Assembly: GCA_008632985.1 (NCBI GenBank)
Contig: QPGO01000126.1
Span: 186,001 to 239,979 of the forward strand
From: Psammoneis japonica
Taxonomy: Eukaryota
Reading direction: 5' to 3'
Length of the DNA: 53,979 bases
How positions within the stretch are numbered: the stretch's first letter is position 1; each line of letters starts with the position of its first letter. Positions 23,457 through 33,483 of this stretch are shown piece after piece. The translations under genes were made by a program, and so were the position numbers. Below the pieces are notes generated by a model. The model was not told the origin of the DNA. It made no database searches and saw only the letters and a program-made list of their open reading frames with translations.

Positions 23457-25191
23457 GTGCATGGAACTCTGCACTCCAGGATGGCCGGAGATCTCTTTTG
23501 TGAGATGCTGCAGTGTGTTGGTCCCAGATGGAGAAGGCGGTTGTAAAGGATCTCTTGTTTGCATTGAAGAGCAAACAAGATGAGCACATTGAACGTGACA
23601 TCATGCAAGAGAAGCATGTCCGGGTCATTCATGAGAGAATCAGCAATGAATTGAAAAGGGGACATCAACCCAAAATCGAGGAAGCCACCCAAGCCGCGGT
23701 CTTGCAGGCAAACAAGAGGCATGCAAAGCATGTGATCAAGCACCTTGGTCTCGATGAAGAGGAACCATTGGAAACAAAAAAGGTGTTGTCGGGCTGGACG
23801 CAGAACAAACGGGCAACAAAGGCACATGCACAAACATTTCGATTGTTGACAAAGGGAAAGTTCTTCTTGCCAGGTCTGTCAGAGAATGAAGAAAATGACA
23901 AGTCTCTCATTTCGGTGAGAGACAGAGAGCCGTTGGAGATGCAAGGCAACTCGATGCATGAAAGATTGGAGCCACGCGGCGGACAAGGTGCATTGCTGAA
24001 TTCCTTGTCAAGAGTCAGCATGAGGTCCTCCGAAAAGAAAAGGACATTGGAGTGGAAAGGATTCCAGCTGCAAGCCAGAAAATTGCCAACAAAATTGAGC
24101 AACACCGGATCAGGCAAGTGTCAACTGACGTTGAAGAGTTGAAGAAGAGCGGAACCATCAAAGAAGAGATTCATGGAGCATTCTCCATTTTAGAGCCACA
24201 TCCAAGTCGCGGCTCAAGCAGTCGTGGACTTGACACCTGCAAAACTGAGCGGAACAACCAAGACGTTCTTGGTCAGTCATCTTGTTCAGTTGAGAAAGAC
24301 CCTTTTTCGTCATCGGCCAGAACTTGTTCCAACTTTGAGCAATGGCATCAGGGACAAAGCAGGAGATTCTACCACATCACAAGAGAGGAGAGAGGAAATG
24401 CCAGGTGACAAGTTTTGTGCTCAGAGGGAGTGCCCAGCGCACATGGATCAGCTCCATCTTGACAGAAAAGGTTTGTTTCAGTTGCAGCTGAGACAATCTG
24501 TGGCATTTGTTTGCATTGCACACATCAGGTGCAATCTGTTCTGCTTGTTTTGAAGCCTTGCTCAATCTCAACAGAGTTGCAGAGAGAGCAGAAGATGACA
24601 GCAGGCTCAAGTTGAAGTTCTTTGGCTGAATCTTGATGTGGTGTCAGCGGTGTCTGGTGTGCTCGCACGAGCTGAGCATTGGATCACTCAGAGTTCTGAA
24701 TCCAAGTCAATGATGCACAATGTGTGGCAAGTGTTTTGGCTTGTCTCTGCTGAGTTCTTGACAGTTTCACGCTTTTGATGCTTCACTTTCCTCTCTGAGT
24801 GAGTCTCACTCTCATTGTCATCAAGGAACCACAGACGCGTTCCAGCCCTAGGTGGGACTCCGTGTGACATTGGGCCCGTAGAATTCTACGTGCGAGCTCC
24901 GTAGTACGAGAATTTAATTAATGGATATATTTATCTTAAACATCAAATAAATGGCCAAGTTTGTGGTACAATTATGCGTGTCACCACTTGACGTTTTTGC
25001 AAATGCGCCTGCCCTACGCGATTCTTAAGACATTATAGAATCGCGCTGTAACAAAAAATGTCAAAAGTTGTTGGACGTATCGCTCAATAAGTGTACCGTA
25101 AAATGACACAAAACATCGAAAAAATCACGTAGAAATCTACGTGCGCGACATACGACGTGTTTCAAAAAACTATCGATGTCACAGTTCAGCA

Positions 25192-25353
25192 TGCAGTGTC
25201 TCGCACCTTATTTTTCTGATATATAGTATTAATGAATCTATTAGATATAACGGAAGCCGTTGTAACGGGCTTCGCTGAAAGCGACCCTCGTTACCTCGGT
25301 CTTTCGCTCACAATTTTGTTGTCACTGAAGTCTTTATCTCGTTAAACCTTGCA
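25192..25353 (+). repeat. Gypsy 5' LTR
   Basis: TG...CA direct repeat of 30416-30577; retains 14 TpA. Confidence 0.93.
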
Positions 25354-25587
25354 CTGTAATTACAGTCGATTTAAAGAACTGGATGGAGACTAGGAATAAT
25401 ACAAACAAATTGACTAAACGTGAGAAAAGAGAACTGCACGCAAGAGCAGCAGTTTGGGCTGTCGAGCACCAGAAACAAGTGCAACAACGTAAATGACACG
25501 AACAGAATTTGGCGAGCCGAGTGCATCATTTGGAGTCAAAGGTAGAGTCCCTGGAGAGGACCATTGAACAATTGCATTCCCTTTTTC

Positions 25588-26809
25588 ATGATGAGTGAAT
25601 CGTTGAAGGAGCCTTGCACTGGCTGTGAAGCTAAATTTGAGCATTCTGACTTGGAGGAAGTGAAATTGACCCAATCGCATGATGACGGCAGCACTCGTAC
25701 AAAAAAAGTGTCCGCGTTTTGATGGCACTCATGGCATTGAAGCATTGTCATTCGTTGAGGATCGTTTTCGTAAAATTGCTGTGAAATTGGAGCACACTGC
25801 TGGCGAGGAATTGTTCGAAAATTTCGAGGAAGTGCTTGCGGATGCTGCAGAGGACAAGTGGGCGAACTTGACCAATGCAATTGACGATGCCGATAAAACT
25901 GTCGAGCGTTTTGATCAGGAAATCAATTGTTTTTGCTTGTCTTATTGTGACAATGAAGCGCGTGATGCGATGATTGAACATTTGCCAACTTTGAAAAAAC
26001 CATTCAAATCTGAAGTGCAGGCGCATGCAGATCGCATGGAAACCTTGATTCGGTGCTCCAACAAACTTCCAGGAAATGCTCCTCAAGTCAACGAAGCTCA
26101 GAAGAAAAAGATGACATTCGACAGCTTTCCTCATCCGTGGCGTGAGATGTGCACTCGAGCAGGACGAGCGACAGCGAACGACACTCTCGCTGAGATCATC
26201 AGTTGTGTGAACAACGAGAAATCTTTTGCTGACAAGAGCAGCAACAAAAAGCAGGACAAGAAGAGGAAAAGCAATGGTGTTTTGTCTCAAGCTTCAAGAC
26301 GCTCTCGTGGCAACAGTGGCAGAACGGATCCAAAATCTAGATGCCCGGTGCATGCGAATCACGACCACAAGTGGAAGGGTTGCATTTTGAATCCAGAAAG
26401 CCAAAACTGTCGACCGAGGTCCGACCGTGGCGGTCACAGCGGAGGTCATGGTGGAGGCCGAGGAAACCACCAAGGCAGAGGACCCCAAGGTCGAGGCGGT
26501 CGTGGTGACTTCCAAGGTCGAGGACGTGGCAATTGTGGCAATCAAGGAGGACATGGAGGCCGAGGTTACGGCAATTGTGACAACTCCCAGAATTCTCAAG
26601 GGAATGGATCCCATTGCCAAAATCAAAACGGCACCCAAGCCAACGGTGACACCCAAGGCTGTGGAAATCCGGCTGGAGCAGCTCCTCCTGGTGGCTGGCA
26701 AATGGAGTCGCACCATTTTGATCAAGGAGGGCCTCGTGAGATGCGAGGTGGAAATGGATGCGATCAGAACGGTCGCACCCATCAAGGCCAACGAAGTTGG
26801 CGTAATTGA
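25588..26809 (+). pseudogene. gag: Gypsy gag (1-nt frameshift in the A7 run near 25701)
   Basis: Capsid-like helical region, CPVHANHDHKWKGC zinc-knuckle variant and a G/R/N-rich tail. Only 2 Tyr in the 376-aa ORF. Confidence 0.75.
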
Positions 26810-29800
26810 CAAGGGACGGAAGTGCCCGAGTCAGAGCGTGTCGCTCAATCTTTTTATGTTTCGTGTGATCGTGAAGAAAATGTGTGTTTTAATGTTGATG
26901 ACAATGTGGGAGACCTGATGGAATCTCACACTGTGAATGAAGAAAAATTGGGCAGCGTTTTGGAGCACGCCATGCCAACCCCTAAAACTGTGACTCCCAA
27001 ACCATTGAATGTGGTGCCAACGACGTTGATGGCGGCGCGTGCCATTCAAAATCAAGAGAGCAAGCGAGTGTTACGAGTGCCATTGGATTCAGGAGGTGCT
27101 GACACTCTTGTTCATTCTCGAGTTTTGCCGAAGGGAGCGAATCCAACCATGAATGATGAAGGACGGTTGAGCTTTCAGACGGCAGCCGGACGACATAAAT
27201 CCTCCCGATACGTTGTTATGAAGGACTTGATGTTGCCAGAATTTGACAAGTCAAAACAAGTCGATGGCATTGCGGCTCAAGTTTTTGATGCCCCATGCAA
27301 GTGTGATTTAATTTTGGGACAAGACTTTTTGTCGAAAGCCGGAATCGTACTTGATTTTCGATTTGGAACAACAAAGTGGTTGGAAACGTCGATCCCAATG
27401 AAGCAATCCAATCATTGGAACTCAGTTCAGAATTGGTTGGATACACTGGAAGACGACGGAGAGGACGAAGACGATGAGGGAGCCTTCGGACAATCTTTCA
27501 TGATGGACGCCAAATGCGAGAAAGCATCATCCGCAAAAGCAGCGCAAACTCAAACTCACTTAACTCAAGAGCAACGTGATGAGCTACAGGCAGTGCTTGA
27601 AAAGCATGAAACCCTCTTTGATGGAATGCTTGGCAAACATCCGCATGAGACTGTTCACTTGGAAGTTGATCCCAACGCTGCTCCCTTCCATTCTAAGGCT
27701 TGCGAAGCATCCAAGAGGGATGAAGCCGTTTTTAAGAAAGAACTACAACATCTATGTAACATTGGCACATTGGAACCGTGGGACCAACTGAATGGGCAGC
27801 CGGAACTTTTGCAACTCCCAAAAAGGATGGACGAGTTCGATGGGTGTCCGATTTTTGAGAGTTGAACAAGGTGCTCAAACGAAAGGTCTATCCTCTGCCG
27901 ATCATTCAAGACGTCATTCACCGACGCTCGGGATGCAAGCACTTGACCAAGTTGGACCTCACTGTGTTTTATTGTCACATCGAGCTTGACGAAGAATCCA
28001 AGGATTTATGTGCTGTTGTCACTCCGTTTGGAAAATTTCGATGTTGTCGATTGGCCATGGGTTTGAAAACCTCTCCTGACATTGCTCAAGCCATCATTGA
28101 AAAAGTGGTAAAAGGAATCGATGTTGAAACTTACATTGATGACATTGCTCAATTTGATGATTCGTTTGATGCTCACATGCGTCGACTCGATGAGCTGTCA
28201 TCCAGACTAGAAGAGAACAATCTAAAAATTAACCCACTCAAGTGCGAATGGTGTGTCCAAGAGACGGATTTTTTAGGCCATTGGCTCACGCCTGCAGGAG
28301 TCCGACCGTGGAAGAAGAAAGTGGAAGCAGTGCTACGAATGCAACCACCTAAAACTGTGACGCAACTACGATCGTTTGTCGGTGCGGTGACTCATTGTCG
28401 CAACATGTGGCCTCGTCGTTCACACGTGCTCGCTCCACTCACGAAGTTAACAGGCAAGAGCAAGTTGGAATGGACCCCTGAATGTCAACGAGCCTTTGAA
28501 GACATGAAAACCTTAATGCTGGACGACACCCTTTGGGTCCACCCGAATCATAACAAGCCATTCCATGTTTGTGCTGACTCTTCGGACTATCAGATGGGAG
28601 CCGCAATTATGCAAGACGGGAAACCAGTGGCTCACTGGTCCCGAAAACTCAGCGCAGCACAACAGAACTACTCTGCGATTGAAAAAGAATTGTTGGCGGT
28701 GGCAATGTGTTTCAAAGAATTTCGAAGCATGTCATTTGGAGCTGATTGTGCTGTTTTTACGGATCATAAAAATCTCACCTTTCGTACGCTCAATTCTCAA
28801 CGAGTTCTTAGGTGGCGACTCTTCTTGGAAGACTTTGCCCCAACTTTTGAATACGTTGATGGCAAAGATAATCTCTTGGCGGATTGTTTTTCAAGATTGC
28901 CACGTGTGGACCCTCCTGCGGAAGGGAAGTGTGCTCCTAACAAGGGCAAACTGATTGATTTTAAAACCATCGACCCTGCCATGCCACCGCATGAAGAAGA
29001 ACTGGACGACCAAAACAGTGTGTCTTATTTTTCCTGTCGTCGTGAAGAACCATCTCCATTTTACTCTTCCGTCGTGGACGACCCCGAATCATGTGAATCA
29101 TTTTTGAACTGTCCTTCTCTCGAGGAAATGCAAAACCCTGCAACTGTGCAACGAATTCAAGAGTGCCAATTCATCGACGTGGAGCTGAACAACATGCGAC
29201 AACAATGTCCAGAACGCTTCATGGTGGAACATGTGAATCAGCATCCTGTAATTTGTTGTCGTGCTCAACCGAATGATCCTCCGACTGCGTGGAAAATTTG
29301 TGTTCCAACGGCGTTGCTGCATGACATCATACGATGGTGTCACAGAATTTTGGGACATGCAGGAGTGCACCGAATGCATTCCACTGTTGGCGCACATTTC
29401 TGTCATCCTGCCCTTCGTCAATCCTGTGAAAGATTTCATTGCACCAATTGTCAACGTTTGAAAACTTTGGGCCCTGGACATGGGGACCTGCCTGAACGGG
29501 AAGCGCCTTCATCACCATGGACAGAAGTTACGGTTGACCTCATCGGTCCCTGGAAAATTGAAATTCAAAACCATGAAATCGAATTCAACGCTTTGACTTG
29601 CATTGACACCGTTTCGAATGTGACTGAACTTGTTCGTGTCGACAACAAAACCTCATCTCACATTGCTCAACAATTTGAAAATTGTTGGTTGTCTCGTTGC
29701 CCTCGTCCGAACCGGTGCATCCATGACAATGGTGGAGAATTCATTGGAGAGGACTTTCAATTGTTGTTGCAACGAGCAGGAGTGGAAGACGCTCCAACTA

Positions 29801-30303
29801 CGTCGCGAAACCCACAAGCCAATGCGGCATGCGAACGCATGCATCAAACTGTTGGAAATGTCTTGCGCACTTTGCTTCATGTTTGTCCTCCACAGAATGT
29901 TGAGCAGGCCAATCAACCAGTGGACAATGCATTGGCAACCGCCATGCATGCAATGCGATGTGCGGTTTCTCGTGCTCTCAAGATTTCACCCGGTGCCATG
30001 GTTTTTCAACGTGACATGATTCTTGACTTACCGGTCCTAGCCGATCTTGCTGCCATTCAAGAACACCGACAAGCGATTGTCAATGCGAATCTCCGTCGAG
30101 CCAACGCTGAACGCCGGTCCTGCGATTTTCAAGTTGGTGAACACGTTCTACTCAAGGCTGTCGACCCAACCAAGCTCGAGCCACGAGCTCACGGTCCATG
30201 TCCCATCGTTCAAGTCCACGCCAACGGTGCGATTTCGGTCCAACGTGCACCTCATGTGACGGAACGATTGAACATTCGTCGCGTCGTCCCGCATCGCACC
30301 TGA
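26810..30303 (+). pseudogene. pol: Gypsy pol (protease, RT, RNase H, integrase)
   Basis: Contains LDSG, YIDD, DSSDYQMGA, EKELLAV, TDHKNL, ADCFSRL, H..GH..C..C, VDLIGPW, HDNGGEF and NPQANAACER. There is a frameshift near 27779 and an in-frame TGA near 27857. Confidence 0.93.
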
Positions 30304-30415
30304 GGTCAAGGGTTTTCTCCCCAACATTTGGGTTTCCCTTCTATCCTCATCCATTGGAATTTAAATTTTTTGAGTCCCGCATGATTCTCGACACTCGAAT
30401 CATGGAAGGGAAGAG

Positions 30416-30577
30416 TGCAGTGTCTCGCACCTTATTTTTCTGACACATGGCATTGATGAATCTATTGGATGTGACGGAAGCCGTTGCAACGGGCTTCGCT
30501 GAAAGCGACCCTCGTTACCTCGGTCTTTCGCTCACAATTTTGTTGTCACTGAAGTCTTTGTCTCGTTAAACCTTGCA
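30416..30577 (+). repeat. Gypsy 3' LTR
   Basis: Follows the PPT and differs from the 5' LTR at 10 positions, all within TpA. Confidence 0.93.
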
Positions 30578-31505
30578 CAGCAGTGCGAGGTCCCACCTAG
30601 ACCTGGAACGCGTCCACAGAGCAGTGGGTGCTGTCATCCCCAGTCATGTGCTCGATGCACTCATCATCGAAAGGAAGGTTCTTGTGGTTGAGACCAATGA
30701 CAATTCTCTTTGGATGAGGCAGAATGGCTTTGTCCAGTGGAGCAACTCCATTTTTGAGTGGTGTGCCAACATTTCGCTCCAAAACAAGAGACAACTTGCA
30801 GTTGACAGGAACATCTCGCACCAGTTCCATGGCATCGGCCACAGATCTCTCAGCAGCCGCCAGTGCTCTGCGGACAGGTCATGACATTGCATGGTGTGGC
30901 TTCACCAGCGAGTCTTCACGAGTGCATTGGCGCTTTCCTGAAAGCTTTTTCCCACTTGCATTGTTCCCAGCACACTCGCCCAGCATTTCCTGAGTGTCGG
31001 AACAAAGCACGACCTTCTCGGGTTCCAGAGTGTGCTCATTGGAAATGGCAGGACATTGATGTGTGCACTTCAATCTGTCAAACTCCTTCCTTTTGTCATC
31101 TGGAGACAAGCTGCTCCACCAATTCATTGCAACAAGCTTCTCTTGAAGTGTCCTCACATCAAGGATGAGGGACATTGGCAAGCGACATCCATCGGCAGCA
31201 GTTTTCATTCCACGCGGGAGTGCTTCTCTGAGATTCTCTTGCAAAGCTCGGGTGGCGTGGAGCTTTGGATCCGTCCACACACCATTGTCATTGTCTTTCA
31301 TGTTGTTTGGCAGCATGGTGTCATCAATGAGAGCCTTGACTCCACGAATCTTCACCACTGGAATTGGAGCCATGGATCCAGCTGGTGACGATGGAAGCAT
31401 GAACCCCCGCCTTGCACACATCACTTGCATCAGGTGTGACAGTGTTCATGGAAGGCATTGGACACATTGCAGCACACAAAATGGAAGCCCCTGGGAGCCA
31501 TCTTT

Positions 31506-31895
31506 GATGCGTTCCAGGTCTGGGTGGGACCTGGCACTGCTGAACTTTGACATCAACAGTTTTTTGAATCGCGTCGCACGCAGCGCACGTAGATTTCTAC
31601 GTGATTTTTGCGACATTTTGTGTCATTTTATGGCACACTTGTTGAGCGATCCATCCAACAACTTTTGACATTTTTTGTTGTCGCGCGATTCTACAATGTC
31701 TTGAGAATCGCGCGGGGCAGGCGCTTTGGCAAAAACGTCAAGCAGCAAGAGGCACAATTGCACCACAAACTTGGCCGTTCATTTGATGTTGAAGACAAAC
31801 ACATCCATCAATTAAATTCTCGCACTGCAGAGCTTGCACACAGAATTCTGCGGGCCCAATGTCACACGGAGTCCCACCCAGGGCTGGAACATGTC
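31506..31895. mobile_element. MITE copy 3 (uninterrupted, inverted relative to copy 2)
   Basis: Ends gatgcgttccaggtctgggtgggac and gtcccacccagggctggaacatgtc, with 4-bp TSD CTTT. It carries the empty Gypsy target (a single CAGCA on the minus strand). Confidence 0.85.
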
Positions 31896-33483
31896 CTTTT
31901 GCCATCGTCATCAGCGTCAAATTGCGCCAACAGTGCGTGTGTTGGGTCGTGGAATTTGTGCCCCTGATGCACTGACAGACAGAATTTTTTCAGCCAGCAG
32001 CTGGCTGGAGACGTCCCCCATGTTGGAAATCCAAACCGAGGTGCACAAGTGGGCTTTTTGTGTGTTTGACAAAAAATGGGGTGTGAGACAAGCCCCAGCT
32101 GCCAAACAAACAAAAGCTCAGATTTTGCCAAATGACTTGTGTGTTCTTCATTGTTGCCTTTCTTGACAAGAAGCAGTTTTGCAACAAGCTGGGGCAAATG
32201 CAGGCCAAACATTTGCCTCCAGTGGTCTGGCTCAAGAGGAAAGTGACGCTGATGTCATGCCAACACTCTTTCTGGCTCCAGGTGATCCGCGCGGGTTCGA
32301 TTCCCAAAATTTGGCAATTTGTGCATTTGGCACATTGAACTTTTTCAAAATCTGTTTTTTGCCAAATCGAAGGGTGAGTGTGCACTTTTCATGTGTTTTT
32401 GGGTGTGCACTTGCCTTTCGATTTTCAAAACGATCAAAATTGAAGGAGTTTGATGCACCAAACTGTGCAGAAAATCGGCCTCTTGCGCGACGAAAAGCGG
32501 ATCACCTGGAGCTGGAACAGGCCTTCTGCCAGCCACCAGTGAGCTGCTCTTCTCCGAGAATGATGGCAGGCGGGGAAACTGCCTGGTTTCATCATGGCGC
32601 ACTGAGATGCTGAAAGAGCCACAAGAGCACAGCACACAATTTTTGGCTGGCTGCTGCGTGGGAGCTTGCATGTGCAGGTTGCCAGCGCAAGAGAAACGAG
32701 GCTTTGGCTCAGCAAAATGCTGAGGAGGTCTTCCCACACCCAAGCAGTGCCAAGCAGCTGCCAATGCTTGCTCCCTGTTTGGAGGAACTGGGCTCAGCAT
32801 GCCACAATTTGTGTCCCTGGTCCAACCCTGGCTGAAGCTTGCAGCGCCACTCGAGAAAGCAAAACGAAACCACACACTGCCGAGGTTTGTGATGACTGGT
32901 GAGCCAATGAAATGAATCACATGAGGGGAGAGAGAAGCTCTTTTTCACTTGTTTCATCTGACATTTGAATGGCAGTCATGGTGTCTTCCGGGCCAAGTTG
33001 CGGTGTTGGATCGTCGTGCAGCTCCGAAATTTTTGTCAACAAAACAAAATGCACCAGCTCTGTGTGTCGGGGCGCGGCTGCTGCAATGGCAGTGACCAAC
33101 AAAAATGTCGAGTGAGTCACGGATGAGACGTGCGCTGCATGCATCAGTCGCGCAATAGGGCCCGCTACTGCTGTTGACTGCACGCGCTCCAAAAAATAGA
33201 ATCGACTAATGTCATGAAGTTCAACAATCTCCGATGATTCACGGTTGAACTTTTTGATGCCTGTTTCTTCTTTTCCGCCGGTTGCTTTTGGTCGTGTTGG
33301 GGTTCCTCTGTTGACAATAGTGGCACTATACAACACCATGCCCTGTGAACTCTCGTGACGTTTGTTTCATTCACCGAAACACTCACGTCTCACAACAAAA
33401 AAGTGTGTCTAACACTGCAGCTCTCGGACTCATTATCCTTGATTTGCGGCTTTGATTTTATGCATCTACAATATCCCGGCAGC

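Larger units (their letters stand above)
19875..24553 (+). pseudogene. Decayed RING-finger plus Academ-type transposase-like gene
   Basis: N-terminal RING (CQQC..PCGHLLCLRC..CTVC). Later fragments GDDVNMKDG, FSADGAM and VVVPGPFHWK resemble the D / D..GxFH signature of Academ transposases. The gene is broken by stops, frameshifts and two insertions. Confidence 0.5.
25192..30577 (+). mobile_element. Full-length Ty3/Gypsy LTR retrotransposon, mutationally inactivated
   Basis: 162-bp LTRs, 5-bp TSD CAGCA (25187-25191, 30578-30582), PPT GGAAGGGAAGAG at 30404-30415, and domain order gag-PR-RT-RH-IN. Confidence 0.96.
24834..30614. mobile_element. MITE copy 2, split by the Gypsy insertion
   Basis: TIRs gacgcgttccagccctaggtgggac and gtcccacctagacctggaacgcgtc, with 4-bp TSD CACA. 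The two halves rejoin to match copy 3. Confidence 0.85.
24600..31430 (-). pseudogene. Second gene of the Academ-like element, unknown product, interrupted by MITE 2 and the Gypsy
   Basis: Protein-like fragments at 31430-30879 and 30842-30615 (..GDDSTHCSV) resume beyond the MITE at about 24830 (WFLDDNESETHSE..). Confidence 0.45.
19738..32020. mobile_element. Academ-like TIR DNA transposon (about 4.7 kb after removing nested inserts)
   Basis: There is an inverted repeat of about 65 bp, TGGGGGAC(A/G)TCTCCAGCCAGC..AAAAAATTCTGTC.GTCAGTGCAT..GGGGCACAA, at 19738-19803 and 31955-32020. It is flanked by the direct repeat TGTT (19734-19737, 32021-32024) and encloses two convergent decayed genes. Confidence 0.7.

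Noticed and set aside
25588..30303. ADAR-type RNA editing or reverse-transcriptase error in the retroelement
   Set aside because: A->G and T->C occur interleaved on the same strand, the two LTRs differ, and DNA transposons and a tandem duplication show the same pattern.
21252..30577. Classical fungal RIP (CpA->TpA) as the cause of the copy differences
   Set aside because: Conserved Tyr residues became Cys/His, repeats are TpA-poor rather than TpA-rich, and stops are lost rather than gained, so the direction is opposite.
25192..30577. 5mC CpG deamination as the cause of the LTR differences
   Set aside because: CpG sites are identical between the LTRs, and the variant sites have TA, not CG, in the other copy.
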